Source: an uncultured Phycisphaerales bacterium (lineage in GTDB: Bacteria > Planctomycetota > Phycisphaerae > Tepidisphaerales > Tepidisphaeraceae). From it: a stretch of 64,000 nucleotides of DNA. A model generated the notes under the pieces. It made no database searches, was not told the origin of the DNA, and saw only the letters and a program-made list of their open reading frames with translations. The translations under genes and the position numbers were made by a program. This document shows, piece by piece, positions 1-11,263 of this stretch (position 1 is its first letter; each line of letters begins with the position of its first letter). The stretch covers positions 1,504,001-1,568,000 of the forward strand of contig CAVWVQ010000003.1 of NCBI GenBank assembly GCA_963758525.1. Direction: 5' to 3'.

Positions 1-1
1 C

Positions 2-3000
2 CAGACTGGCGCGATCATCGTGAGCGGCATCACGCGCAGTGTCGCCGTGGAAATGGGAGGCGGCAGTGACAGCGTAACGATGAGCGGCGTTAGCCTGCCG
101 GGAGACCTCTCCATTGGCGGGAGGGGCACCGATACGCTTGCTCTGGGCGACGTGCACGTGGCGGGTACTCTCAATATCCAAAATAATTCAGCATTCGGCA
201 TTACTGGCTCCATTGCGGGAACGACGGTTGGAAAGAGCCTGATCATCCACGGCGGTGCGGGCGGAAATACAATCGCCATGGAGTCGATAGTCGTTCAGCG
301 ACAAACCCACATCACCGGCGGAAGGGGAATCGATCATCTGACGATCGATGACGCGGTTTTCCACGGCGGGGTGTTCATCTGCACCGGGCGGAGCGCCGAC
401 GTCGTCCAGATCAGCGCACACGGCGCGACCCCGGCTTCCGCCGCGTCTTTCGATGGGCCCGTGTCAATGTTCCTGGGCGCCGGCAATGATATTCTCCAGC
501 TCGGCGTCAACAGCAACGCCGGCGATCGTTCCATATTTTCCGGCGCCGTCCACTTCCACGGCGGAGCGGGATTCAACACCCTGGCGGACTTCGCGGCCAG
601 CTCGTACATCGGAAAGTCGCGATATCAGATCAAAAACTTCGAGTCGCGCACGCCGGCCCCCGACACCACGGATCCGGCCGTGAGTGCCACCACTCCCGCG
701 GTCAATGCAACCGGCGCGGCGTTGAACCGGGGCATTGCAGCGGTTTTCAGCGAACCAATGGATCCGCTGACGATCACCACCGCGAACTTCACCCTTACCG
801 CAACTGGAGGCATGGCTGTCACCGGAACCGTTCTCTATCTCGGGACCACAGCTACCTTCAGCCCCACCGGCGTTCTTTCCCCCGATACAACCTATACCGC
901 TACGATCACCACCGGCGTCAAAGATCTCGCCGGAAATTCGCTGGCTCGCAACTTCGTCTGGAGCTTCACAACAGGAGCGACCCCGGACACGACGGACCCG
1001 ACCGTGAGTTCGATCAATCCCGCAAATAACGCCACCGGCGTGGCGCTCAATCGGAGCATCGCCGCGACGTTCAGCGAGCCTATGAACCCGCTGACGATCA
1101 CGTCAGCAAACGTCTCCGTGACAGCCCCTGGCGGGGTGGCCGTGCTGGGAACCGTTGCCTATGCCGGCAACACGTTGACTTTCACACCAACCATCCCCCT
1201 CGCGGCCAGCACCACGTTCACCGGCACGATCACCACCGGCGCCGAAGACCTGGCGGGGAACCCGCTGGCTCACGACTTCGTCTGGAGTTTCACCACCGGG
1301 GCTGCCCCGGACACCACCGATCCGACGGTGAGTTCCACCAACCCGGCCAATAACGCAACGGGCGTCGCCTTCAATCAAAGCGTCGCCGCGACGTTCAGCG
1401 AAGCGATGGATCCCCTGACGATCACCTCGGCTAACGTCAGCGTGACAGCCCCTGGCGGGGTGGCCGTGCTGGGAACCGTTGCCTATGCCGGCACCACGCT
1501 GACATTCACACCGACAAGCCCCCTTGCGGCGAGCACCACGTTCACCGGCACGATCTCCACGGACGCCACCGATCTGGCGGGGAATCCGCTAGCCAACAGC
1601 TACGTCTGGACATTCACCACTGGAGCGACCCCGGACACCACCGATCCGACGGTGAGTTCCACCAACCCGGCCAATAACGCAACGGGCGTCGCCTTCAATC
1701 AAAGCGTCGCCGCGACGTTCAGCGAAGCGATGGATCCCCTGACGATCACCTCGGCAAACGTGACTGTGACAGGGCCCGGCGCAGTTGCTGTGCCGGGAAC
1801 CTTGAATTACACCGGCACCACCCTGACATTCACACCGACAAACCCCCTTGCCGCCAGCACCACGTTCACCGGCACGATCACCACGGACGCCACCGATCTG
1901 GCGGGGAATCCGCTGGCTCACGACTTTGTCTGGAGTTTCACCACCGGAGCGACCCCGGATACCACCGATCCGACGGTGAGTTCCACCAACCCGGCCAATA
2001 ACGCAACGGGCGTCGCCTTCAATCAAAGCGTCGCCGCGACGTTCAGCGAAGCGATGGATCCCCTGACGATCACCTCGGCAAACGTGACCCTGACAGGGCC
2101 CGGCGCAGTTGCTGTGCCGGGAACCTTGAATTACGCCGGCACCACCCTGACATTCACACCGACAAGCCCCCTTGCGGCGAGCACCACGTTCACCGGCACG
2201 ATCACCACAGGCGCCACCGATCTGGCGGGGAATCCGCTGGCCAACAGCTATGTCTGGACATTCACCACTGGAGCGACCCCGGATACCACTCCTCCGACCG
2301 TCATCTCCACCAATCCTGCCAATCTCCAAGGCAACGTGTTTATCAATGAAGCAATCGCAGCGACTTTCAGCGAGGCCATCGATCCGACGACGATCACGGC
2401 CGCGACATTCGCGGTCACATCCCCCGGCGCCATAGCCGTTGCGGGAACGGTGAATTATGACGCCCAAAGCGACATCGCAACCTTCACGCCATCCAGCAAT
2501 TTCGCAGCCAACACCACGTTTACCGCAACCATCACCGGCGGTGCAAACGGGGTGAGAGACCTGGCGGGGAACCCACTAACCGGCGACCAGACATGGACCT
2601 TCACGACCGGGGCGCAGATCGCACAAGCCCCGATCAATCTGGGGTCCGCCGCCGCTTTCGCGGTGATGGCCACCACCGCAGTTACCGGCACCGATCCCAC
2701 CACCATCAACGGAGATGTGGGGCTGAACCCCGGAAGTGCACAAGGGATCCCGCCTGGAGACGTGAACGGGTCAATTCATGTCGACGATCAGGCCGTCATT
2801 GATGCGCAGGCCGATCTATTGTCCGCGTACAACGACGCGGTGAGTCGCTCGACGACTTCCGTGGCTCTGCCCGGCAATATGGGCGGGTTGACGTTCACTC
2901 CCGGCCTCTACACAAACTCGAGTTCCGTAATGATTTCAGGGTCGGGACCGAACAACAACGTCACCCTGGATGCCCAGGGAAACCCCAACGCGATCTTTAT

Positions 3001-3262
3001 TTTCAAGATCGGAAGCACGCTCACCACCGGGACGGGCGCCCAGGTGATCCTGGCCGGCGGCGCGAAAGCCAGCAATGTCTTCTGGCAGGTCGGGACGTCA
3101 GCAACCCTGAATACAACCACTATTTTCAAGGGCAATCTTCTCGCCGCCGTAACCATCACGGTGAACAACGGATCTGCGGTGGAAGGCCGGCTCCTGGCAG
3201 GATCGGATTCAGCCGGCGCGGTAACAATCAACCAAAGCATCGTCTCCGTGCCCACCACGTGA
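2..3262 (+). CDS. Large surface protein/adhesin (5'-partial): beta-rich N-terminal region, six Ig-like (Big_5-type) repeats, C-terminal DUF3494 ice-binding domain
   Basis: Frame is open from base 2 (the ORF track starts at GTG 20). Six 'PDTTxPTVSSTNP...ATFSEAMDP...DLAGNPL...WSFTTG' repeats. The C-terminus 'INLGSAAAFAV...INGDVG...AQADLLSAYN...TPGLY...LDAQGNPNAIFIFKI...GGAKASNVFWQVGTSATL...FKGNLLA...VEGRLLA' matches the DUF3494 signature. Confidence 0.9.
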   Translation, partial: QTGAIIVSGITRSVAVEMGGGSDSVTMSGVSLPGDLSIGGRGTDTLALGDVHVAGTLNIQNNSAFGITGSIAGTTVGKSLIIHGGAGGNTIAMESIVVQRQTHITGGRGIDHLTIDDAVFHGGVFICTGRSADVVQISAHGATPASAASFDGPVSMFLGAGNDILQLGVNSNAGDRSIFSGAVHFHGGAGFNTLADFAASSYIGKSRYQIKNFESRTPAPDTTDPAVSATTPAVNATGAALNRGIAAVFSEPMDPLTITTANFTLTATGGMAVTGTVLYLGTTATFSPTGVLSPDTTYTATITTGVKDLAGNSLARNFVWSFTTGATPDTTDPTVSSINPANNATGVALNRSIAATFSEPMNPLTITSANVSVTAPGGVAVLGTVAYAGNTLTFTPTIPLAASTTFTGTITTGAEDLAGNPLAHDFVWSFTTGAAPDTTDPTVSSTNPANNATGVAFNQSVAATFSEAMDPLTITSANVSVTAPGGVAVLGTVAYAGTTLTFTPTSPLAASTTFTGTISTDATDLAGNPLANSYVWTFTTGATPDTTDPTVSSTNPANNATGVAFNQSVAATFSEAMDPLTITSANVTVTGPGAVAVPGTLNYTGTTLTFTPTNPLAASTTFTGTITTDATDLAGNPLAHDFVWSFTTGATPDTTDPTVSSTNPANNATGVAFNQSVAATFSEAMDPLTITSANVTLTGPGAVAVPGTLNYAGTTLTFTPTSPLAASTTFTGTITTGATDLAGNPLANSYVWTFTTGATPDTTPPTVISTNPANLQGNVFINEAIAATFSEAIDPTTITAATFAVTSPGAIAVAGTVNYDAQSDIATFTPSSNFAANTTFTATITGGANGVRDLAGNPLTGDQTWTFTTGAQIAQAPINLGSAAAFAVMATTAVTGTDPTTINGDVGLNPGSAQGIPPGDVNGSIHVDDQAVIDAQADLLSAYNDAVSRSTTSVALPGNMGGLTFTPGLYTNSSSVMISGSGPNNNVTLDAQGNPNAIFIFKIGSTLTTGTGAQVILAGGAKASNVFWQVGTSATLNTTTIFKGNLLAAVTITVNNGSAVEGRLLAGSDSAGAVTINQSIVSVPTT
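659..2610 (+). repeat. Six intragenic tandem repeats with a 324-bp period
   Basis: Units start at 659, 983, 1307, 1631, 1955 and 2279. Units 3-5 are nearly identical at the nucleotide level. Confidence 0.95.
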
Positions 3263-3419
3263 GGTCTGCTGAGGTCACCGAGCACAAACGCGGAAGGCGT
3301 ATCCTCACTTGGTCGAAGTCTTCCTGCAAAACGAATTCCGCTCTATACTGATTCGGGCTCAGTTCGCTGAAGCCGAGGCATTGGCGGCTTGATACAGATC
3401 AACAACCCAGAGAACCTCG

Positions 3420-3725
3420 ATGGGACGCTTCGTGGTCATCAGCAAATTCACCGTTGCCAACGGGATGACTCCCCAAGTGAAGGAAGCATTCCGAAACCGC
3501 CCTCACAAAGTCGACGACGCCGAGGGTTTCCTGTGCATGGAAGTCATCAGTCCAGTTGAGGAACCCAACGAAATCTGGTTGATCACTTTTTGGCGCGACG
3601 AGAGCAGCTTCAAAACCTGGCATCACAGCCACCTTTACCGTGAATCTCACGCGGGGATCCCCAGGGGTCTTAAGCTTGTTCCCAAGAGCGCCGGCGTCCG
3701 TTGCTTTGAAGGCGTCTCGAGCTGA
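3420..3725 (+). CDS. ABM-domain monooxygenase (IsdG/MhuD-like, possible heme-degrading enzyme)
   Basis: 101 aa; 'FTV...AFRNR...EGF..MEV...TFWRDESSFKTWHHSHLYRESH' fits the ABM ferredoxin-like fold. Confidence 0.8.
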   Translation: MGRFVVISKFTVANGMTPQVKEAFRNRPHKVDDAEGFLCMEVISPVEEPNEIWLITFWRDESSFKTWHHSHLYRESHAGIPRGLKLVPKSAGVRCFEGVSS

Positions 3726-3737
3726 ACAACACGCGTT

Positions 3738-4811
3738 ATGGCACAACGCACAATAGACATCGGACGAAAGCTGAGCCCCGCCTCCGAAGCCATCGCCGAT
3801 GCGGTCGTCGCGCGGCACTACCAGCTACGCCCGGAACTTGAGTCGCGGTATGGTCAGCGCGGCCGACAGAAGTGCCGCGAGGATGCCTCGTGCCACCTCA
3901 CGTATCTTGCGCAGGCGCTTGTGGCATGTCATCCCGCGCTGTTCCGAGACTACGTCGCCTGGGCCAAGGTGATGCTTGCCGGGCGCGGAATTCCGGCAAG
4001 CGACCTGGCGGATAATCTGCAAGTGACCATGGACGTGTTGAAAGATCGTCTGCCGCCCGAAGATGCAGCCATCGCTTGCCGATATATTCAGGACGCGATC
4101 GCGGATCTCCCCGCGATGGCGTCCGTCCTGCCAAATTGCATCGCGCCGGATCTGCCGCTGGCCCAATTGGCCGAGTCGTACCTCGCGGCACTCATCGCGT
4201 GCGACCGGCGCAAGGCGAGCAGCCTGATTCTCGACGCGGTTGAGCGCGGGGCGTCCATCAAGCAGATATATATCCACGTTTTCCAACAATCGCAGCTGGA
4301 GATCGGCCGCCGCTGGCAGATGAATCAGATAACGGTCGCGCAGGAACACTATTGCACGGCGGCCACCCAGATGATCATGTCCCAGCTGTACCCGAAGATC
4401 TTCGCGGAGCCAAGAAACGGACGCCGCTTCGTGGGGGCGTGCGTCGACGGCGATCTCCACGAGATTGGGATGCGCATCGTGGCGGACTTCTTTGAGATGG
4501 CCGGCTGGGATACGGTCTTTCTGGGCGCCAGCGTTCCCGGGGCGGCCCTGGTCCGAACTCTTGAGGACCGTAAACCCGACGTGGTCGGCATCTCCGCGGC
4601 ACTGACGCCTCACGTCGCCGCGGTGTCGCACATGATCGCGGAGATTCGCGCCGCGCCCGGCTGCCGGAAGATCAAGATTCTCGTCGGCGGCTATCCGTTC
4701 CACATCGCGCCGGAGCTCTGGAAGCAGGTTGATGCTGACGGGACCGCTGAGGACGCGCAGGCTGTCGTTGAGTTGGCCAATCGGCTGCTACGGATTGAAG
4801 GAGCAGCATGA
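3738..4811 (+). CDS. Globin/phycobiliprotein-like domain fused to a CarH-type cobalamin-binding module (photoglobin/photocobilin-like photoreceptor)
   Basis: N-terminal 'RQKCREDASCHLTYLAQAL' resembles the bilin-binding helix of phycobiliproteins. W-x9-EH motif 'WQMNQITVAQEH'. B12 motif 'GDLHEIG...GWDTVFLG...PDVVGIS...ILVGG'. Confidence 0.85.
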   Translation: MAQRTIDIGRKLSPASEAIADAVVARHYQLRPELESRYGQRGRQKCREDASCHLTYLAQALVACHPALFRDYVAWAKVMLAGRGIPASDLADNLQVTMDVLKDRLPPEDAAIACRYIQDAIADLPAMASVLPNCIAPDLPLAQLAESYLAALIACDRRKASSLILDAVERGASIKQIYIHVFQQSQLEIGRRWQMNQITVAQEHYCTAATQMIMSQLYPKIFAEPRNGRRFVGACVDGDLHEIGMRIVADFFEMAGWDTVFLGASVPGAALVRTLEDRKPDVVGISAALTPHVAAVSHMIAEIRAAPGCRKIKILVGGYPFHIAPELWKQVDADGTAEDAQAVVELANRLLRIEGAA

Positions 4812-5890
4812 GCGTTCAATCCGAAATCGGTGGCTCAGCCCTGGTGTGTGATCTCAAGGGATCGATTATCCGCGTCGCCCACGACCAGCTCGGCATTGCC
4901 GAACGATGCTCCGCAGGGACGCCGTTCGCCGAAGTGGTCGATGCCGCCAGCATGGAGAAGGCTGCGGCTTTTCTCGCCGCCGTGCGGAACGACGGCGGAG
5001 CCTTCGACTGGCAATTGTGCATGGCCGCCCAGGGGCGGATGGCGCTGCTTCATTGCATGGGCTTCAGCGATGGGAAGCAGCTATGGATCATCCTCGCCCG
5101 GACGCAAGCCGCCGCCGCGCGCGTTCTGGAGGAAATGAGTCTGGTCCAGAACGAGCAGACAGGGATGTTGCGCGCCGCGTTGAAATACGCGAGCCAAATT
5201 TCCAGCTCCGACAGGAGCAAAGCGCAATTTGAAGAATTGACCGGCTTGTGCAACGATCTTGGGAGAACGCAGCGCGAACTCGCCCAGAGAAACGCCGAAC
5301 TGGAGGCGTTGAAGGTGAAGCTGGAAATCAAGCAGGCGGAGCTGATCGCTGCCAATGCCCGACTAGACGCGCTTGCCACGATGGACGTTCTGACGGGCAT
5401 CGCCAATCGGCGCGCGTTCGGGGCCAGGCTCGAGAGTGAGTGTGCGCGCTCGAAGCGTGAGCATTCCCCCCTTTCGCTGATCATGCTTGACGTGGACCAT
5501 TTCAAGAGCCTCAATGACACATACGGTCATCAAGCCGGCGATGAAATTCTGAAGTTGATGGGCGCGTTGCTGTCCAGCACTTCGCGCACCACGGACCTCG
5601 TTGCCCGCTATGGCGGCGAGGAGTTCGCGGTCATTCTTGCCAATGCCGATCAGACCGCCGCAAAAGAAGCCGCGGAACGGCTCCGCGGCCGGATCGAGGC
5701 TGCCCGCTGGCCGCATCGGGCCGTGACCGTCAGTGCCGGCATCGCTTCCTGGGGAAGCGGCGGGGACAGCGCCTCCGAACTGGTCCGCCGGGCGGATCAG
5801 GCCCTTTACTTTTCCAAGGAACACGGACGAAACCGGGCGACGCATTCTCTGGATGTCAGTTCCGCAGACCGATCCGTCATCCGCGTTTAA
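4808..5890 (+). CDS. Diguanylate cyclase (PAS-like domain, coiled coil, GGDEF)
   Basis: 'DVLTGIANRR', 'DVDHFKSLNDTYGHQAGD', 'RTTDLVARYGGEEF' with the RxxD I-site. Start overlaps the upstream stop (ATGA). Confidence 0.92.
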   Translation: MSVQSEIGGSALVCDLKGSIIRVAHDQLGIAERCSAGTPFAEVVDAASMEKAAAFLAAVRNDGGAFDWQLCMAAQGRMALLHCMGFSDGKQLWIILARTQAAAARVLEEMSLVQNEQTGMLRAALKYASQISSSDRSKAQFEELTGLCNDLGRTQRELAQRNAELEALKVKLEIKQAELIAANARLDALATMDVLTGIANRRAFGARLESECARSKREHSPLSLIMLDVDHFKSLNDTYGHQAGDEILKLMGALLSSTSRTTDLVARYGGEEFAVILANADQTAAKEAAERLRGRIEAARWPHRAVTVSAGIASWGSGGDSASELVRRADQALYFSKEHGRNRATHSLDVSSADRSVIRV

Positions 5891-5930
5891 ACTGATCGGA
5901 GGCGGTCGACACCCACGCTGTAAGACTTGA

Positions 5931-8275
5931 TTATGCCGCCTGCTTCCCCGCCTCCTGGTCGTACCCTTCGATGCGGCTGAGGTTTTGAATGAGCGAGTCG
6001 ATCTTGGTATTGATCGATTCGCCCCCCTTCCCTGCCTTGATCGCGGATTCCGCGGCGGTGGCTAACTCGGTAATCGATTCAAATCCATAACCGCCGCCGG
6101 CTCCGCGCAACTGATGGACGACGCGCCGCAGGGAGTCCATCTCACCCGCGTCGAGGAACGCCTGCAGCTTCTGGACTTCTCCGGGAAGATCGTGAACAAA
6201 TTCATCGATGATTTTCGCCATTCCAGGTTGATCGGTCAGCGTGCTTTTAATCGTGCCGTCGGGTTCGAGCTTGGGTTGCGGCTTGGGCGGCGGGGCTGCC
6301 GGGGCAGTGCCCTGGCCGAGATGATATTTGACGGTTTGCAAAAGAACCTCCCTTTCGACGGGTTTGGTGAGATAATCGGTGCATCCGCTGGCGATGCATT
6401 TGGCGCGGTCCTCGGACATGGCATACGCAGTCAACGCGATGATTGGCAGTTTGATTTCCCGCCGTCGCAGTTCCCTCGTTGCGGAGTACCCGTCAAGCAC
6501 GGGCATCTGCATGTCCATCAAAACGAGATCAAAAACCTCGGAATCGAAAAGGTCCACGGCGATCTGCCCGTTCTCGGCGATGACGACATCCGCCCCGGCC
6601 ATCTTCAAATGCGTGGACAGTAACCGCTGGTTGTCCCGACCATCCTCGACCAGCAAAATTCGGCCTCGAATCGGGATTTCCCCGGAGTTATGCGCCGAAG
6701 TGACTGCCGGCAGTTTTGCTTCGGTGAGACCCGCCACCATGTCTGAGTCTTTGAGGGGTCCTCCGTCGATCCAAACTCCAAAGTCGCTGCCGGAACCGAG
6801 CGCAGAGCTGACGCTGATGTCCCCGCCCAGCAATCGGGCCAATTTTCGGCTGATCGTCAGGCCAAGGCCCGTCCCCCCGAACTTGCGTGTCGTGGATTGT
6901 TCGCCCTGCGTGAAGGGTTCGAAGATTCTGCCCAACTGCTGAGGATTCATTCCGATGCCGGTGTCGCGCACGTTGATTCGCACCACGCTGGACTCTACGG
7001 TCCGGTCGCAGGAGACGCTCATGTCAACGCCCCCGCTGATCGTGAACTTGATGGCGTTGCCGAGCAGGTTCACCAGGATCTGCCGAAGACGCATGGGGTC
7101 GGTGCAGATGCATTGCGGGATGCTGCCGTCGAACGACAGTTTGAATTTCAATGCACGTTCCGCTGCTCGAGATCGCATGAGCGTCGTTACTTCCGCAAGC
7201 AGTTGGGGAAGCTCGCAGCGAATTCGCTCGATACTCATCTGGCCGGCCTCGATTTTCGAGAGATCGAGAATCTCATTGATCAATTCCAGCAGATGACCGG
7301 CATTGCGACGGATGGTCTGGACGCATTCCGCATGGTCAGGGGCATTAGGGTGATGCCGCAGCATCATGTCCGCGAAGCCGACGATCGCCGTCATGGGAGT
7401 TCGGATCTCGTGGCTCATGTTCGCGAGAAACTCGCTCTTGGCGATGTTGGCGGCTTCGGCGAACTCCTTGGCCTGCTGCAATTGGGCGTCGACCAGTTGG
7501 CGCTCGGTGATGTCCTGGATCATCCCGGTTGCTGCGATCACCTTCCTATTTTCATCGCGGATGATTTCGCCGCGAATGTGGATGAACTGAGCGGCCGCGT
7601 CCGGATTGATAATCCGGCAGTCCTGAGCGATGAGCGTTTGATCGGATGATTCGACGCAGGCATTGATCAATCTCCGGTCATCGGGATGAAGACATTCGAG
7701 AAATTGCTGAAACGTCAGGCCTGCGCCCCCAGCCGCACGGCCCAGAATTCGGCAGGCCTCCTCGGACCAGACCGCGACGTTGGTTGGAACATCCACGTGC
7801 CACGTTCCCAAATGGGCGAACCGCTGGGCATCGGCGAGTTGTCGTTCGCCCTTGTGCAACTCCTTCTCGATCTGTTCGGCGTTGCGCCGCCCCTCCCGAT
7901 CGCGCAATTCGCGCTCCACCGCCGGCACCAACCGCTTCAGATCGCCCTTGAACAAGTAGTCATTGGCGCCCGCCTTCATCGCCTGGACGGCGGTTTCCTC
8001 ACCGACCTCTCCGGAGACGAGAATGAATGGAATGTCCCCCGCTCGTTCGCGCGCCATGGTCAGCGCGGCGGGTCCGCTGAAATACGGCATCGAGTAGTCC
8101 GCAATGATCAGATCCCATGGATGCGCAGCCAGCGCGTCAGTCATCCGCTGCGGAGTGTCCACGCGTTCGTGCGAGATGTCCCATCGCCCGCGCCGAAGTT
8201 CCACGAGCAGGAGAGCCGCGTCGTCTTCGCAGTCTTCCACGATCAGAACGCGCAGTTGGCCGGATGAATTGTCAT
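5931..8275 (-). CDS. Hybrid histidine kinase REC-PAS-HisKA-HATPase-REC-HPt
   Basis: '[13 protein letters not shown]', 'GGTGLGL', 'LMDMQMP', HPt '[12 protein letters not shown]'. The ORF track starts at 8240 inside the REC beta1 strand. ATG 8275 plus one restored G gives 'MTIHPGQLRVLIVED'. Confidence 0.9.
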
Positions 8276-8284
8276 CGGTGTGAT

Positions 8285-8722
8285 CTATGATGGCGGCACC
8301 TCATTCAGTATGAGCCAATAGATTCCCAATTGCCGAACAGCTTCGGCGAATGCACTGAAGTCCACCGGTTTGCGGATGTAACTGTTGGCGCCCAGGTTGT
8401 AACTCTTGATCAGATCCTGCTCCTCCTTGGAACTGGTCAGCACCACCACTGGCAATCGCCGGGTCCGCTCGTCGGCTCGAAGGTGCCGAAGCACCTCAAG
8501 GCCATCGAGCTTCGGCAGCTTCAAATCAAGGAGCACCAGCCCGGGAAGCCGCGTGATGTCCCGGCCAACGTAGGCTCCGGTTCCGAAGAGGTAATCGATC
8601 GCCTCAACTCCATCGCGCACAACCACCAGTCCGTTCGCGACGTTGTGCTTCTTCAGCGCTCTGACCGTCAGCACTTCGTCATCAGGATTGTCTTCCACAA
8701 GGAGAATCGTCTTATCGAACAT
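8285..8722 (-). CDS. Single-domain response regulator (Rcp1-like)
   Basis: 'ILLVEDNPDD...LLDLKLPKLDG...VVLTSS...LGANSYIRKP...YWL'. Confidence 0.93.
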   Translation of the reverse strand: MFDKTILLVEDNPDDEVLTVRALKKHNVANGLVVVRDGVEAIDYLFGTGAYVGRDITRLPGLVLLDLKLPKLDGLEVLRHLRADERTRRLPVVVLTSSKEEQDLIKSYNLGANSYIRKPVDFSAFAEAVRQLGIYWLILNEVPPS

Positions 8723-8788
8723 GTGGTTTTCCCTTCTGTCGCAATCGCCGTCTAAAACTCAACGCCCGCTGCGTGATCGCCGCATGTT

Positions 8789-10927
<2,139 letters not shown>

Positions 10928-11263
10928 TGCTTCACCTAGCTAATCGACTCTTGGAACGCGAACTGGTCATCGTATCCTTCGCTACTCGCCGCTCGTGAAG
11001 TGCGCGCCCGGTCTTGATCCTGCTCGCCGGGAAGTGCAACACTCTGTACAAGCGATATCGAATCACCGCACCAGCGACTGCATGGGTGCTTCCCCTCAGG
11101 CCGTTTACGTCTCCGTCATACATGCAGATGCGCCGCGGCATGTAAACCTTCAGCAGGTCCCCGGCACAATGGAAGGCCTGCAACGGACTGATCTGTCATC
11201 GATGATTGCACAATCTGTCGATCGACGGATGACGCGCTTTCCGGCACGCCAACCCCGCACCCG

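Noticed and set aside
659..2610. Long repeats as a CRISPR array or mobile element
   Set aside because: They are 324-bp in-frame coding units with no spacers, and there are no cas genes.
3738..4811. Corrinoid methyltransferase protein
   Set aside because: The W-x9-EH motif, the globin-like N-terminus and the GGDEF neighbour favour a sensor; no methyltransferase partners are nearby.
10932..11260. Short ORFs between the two minus-strand kinases
   Set aside because: No recognisable protein features; probably a promoter region.
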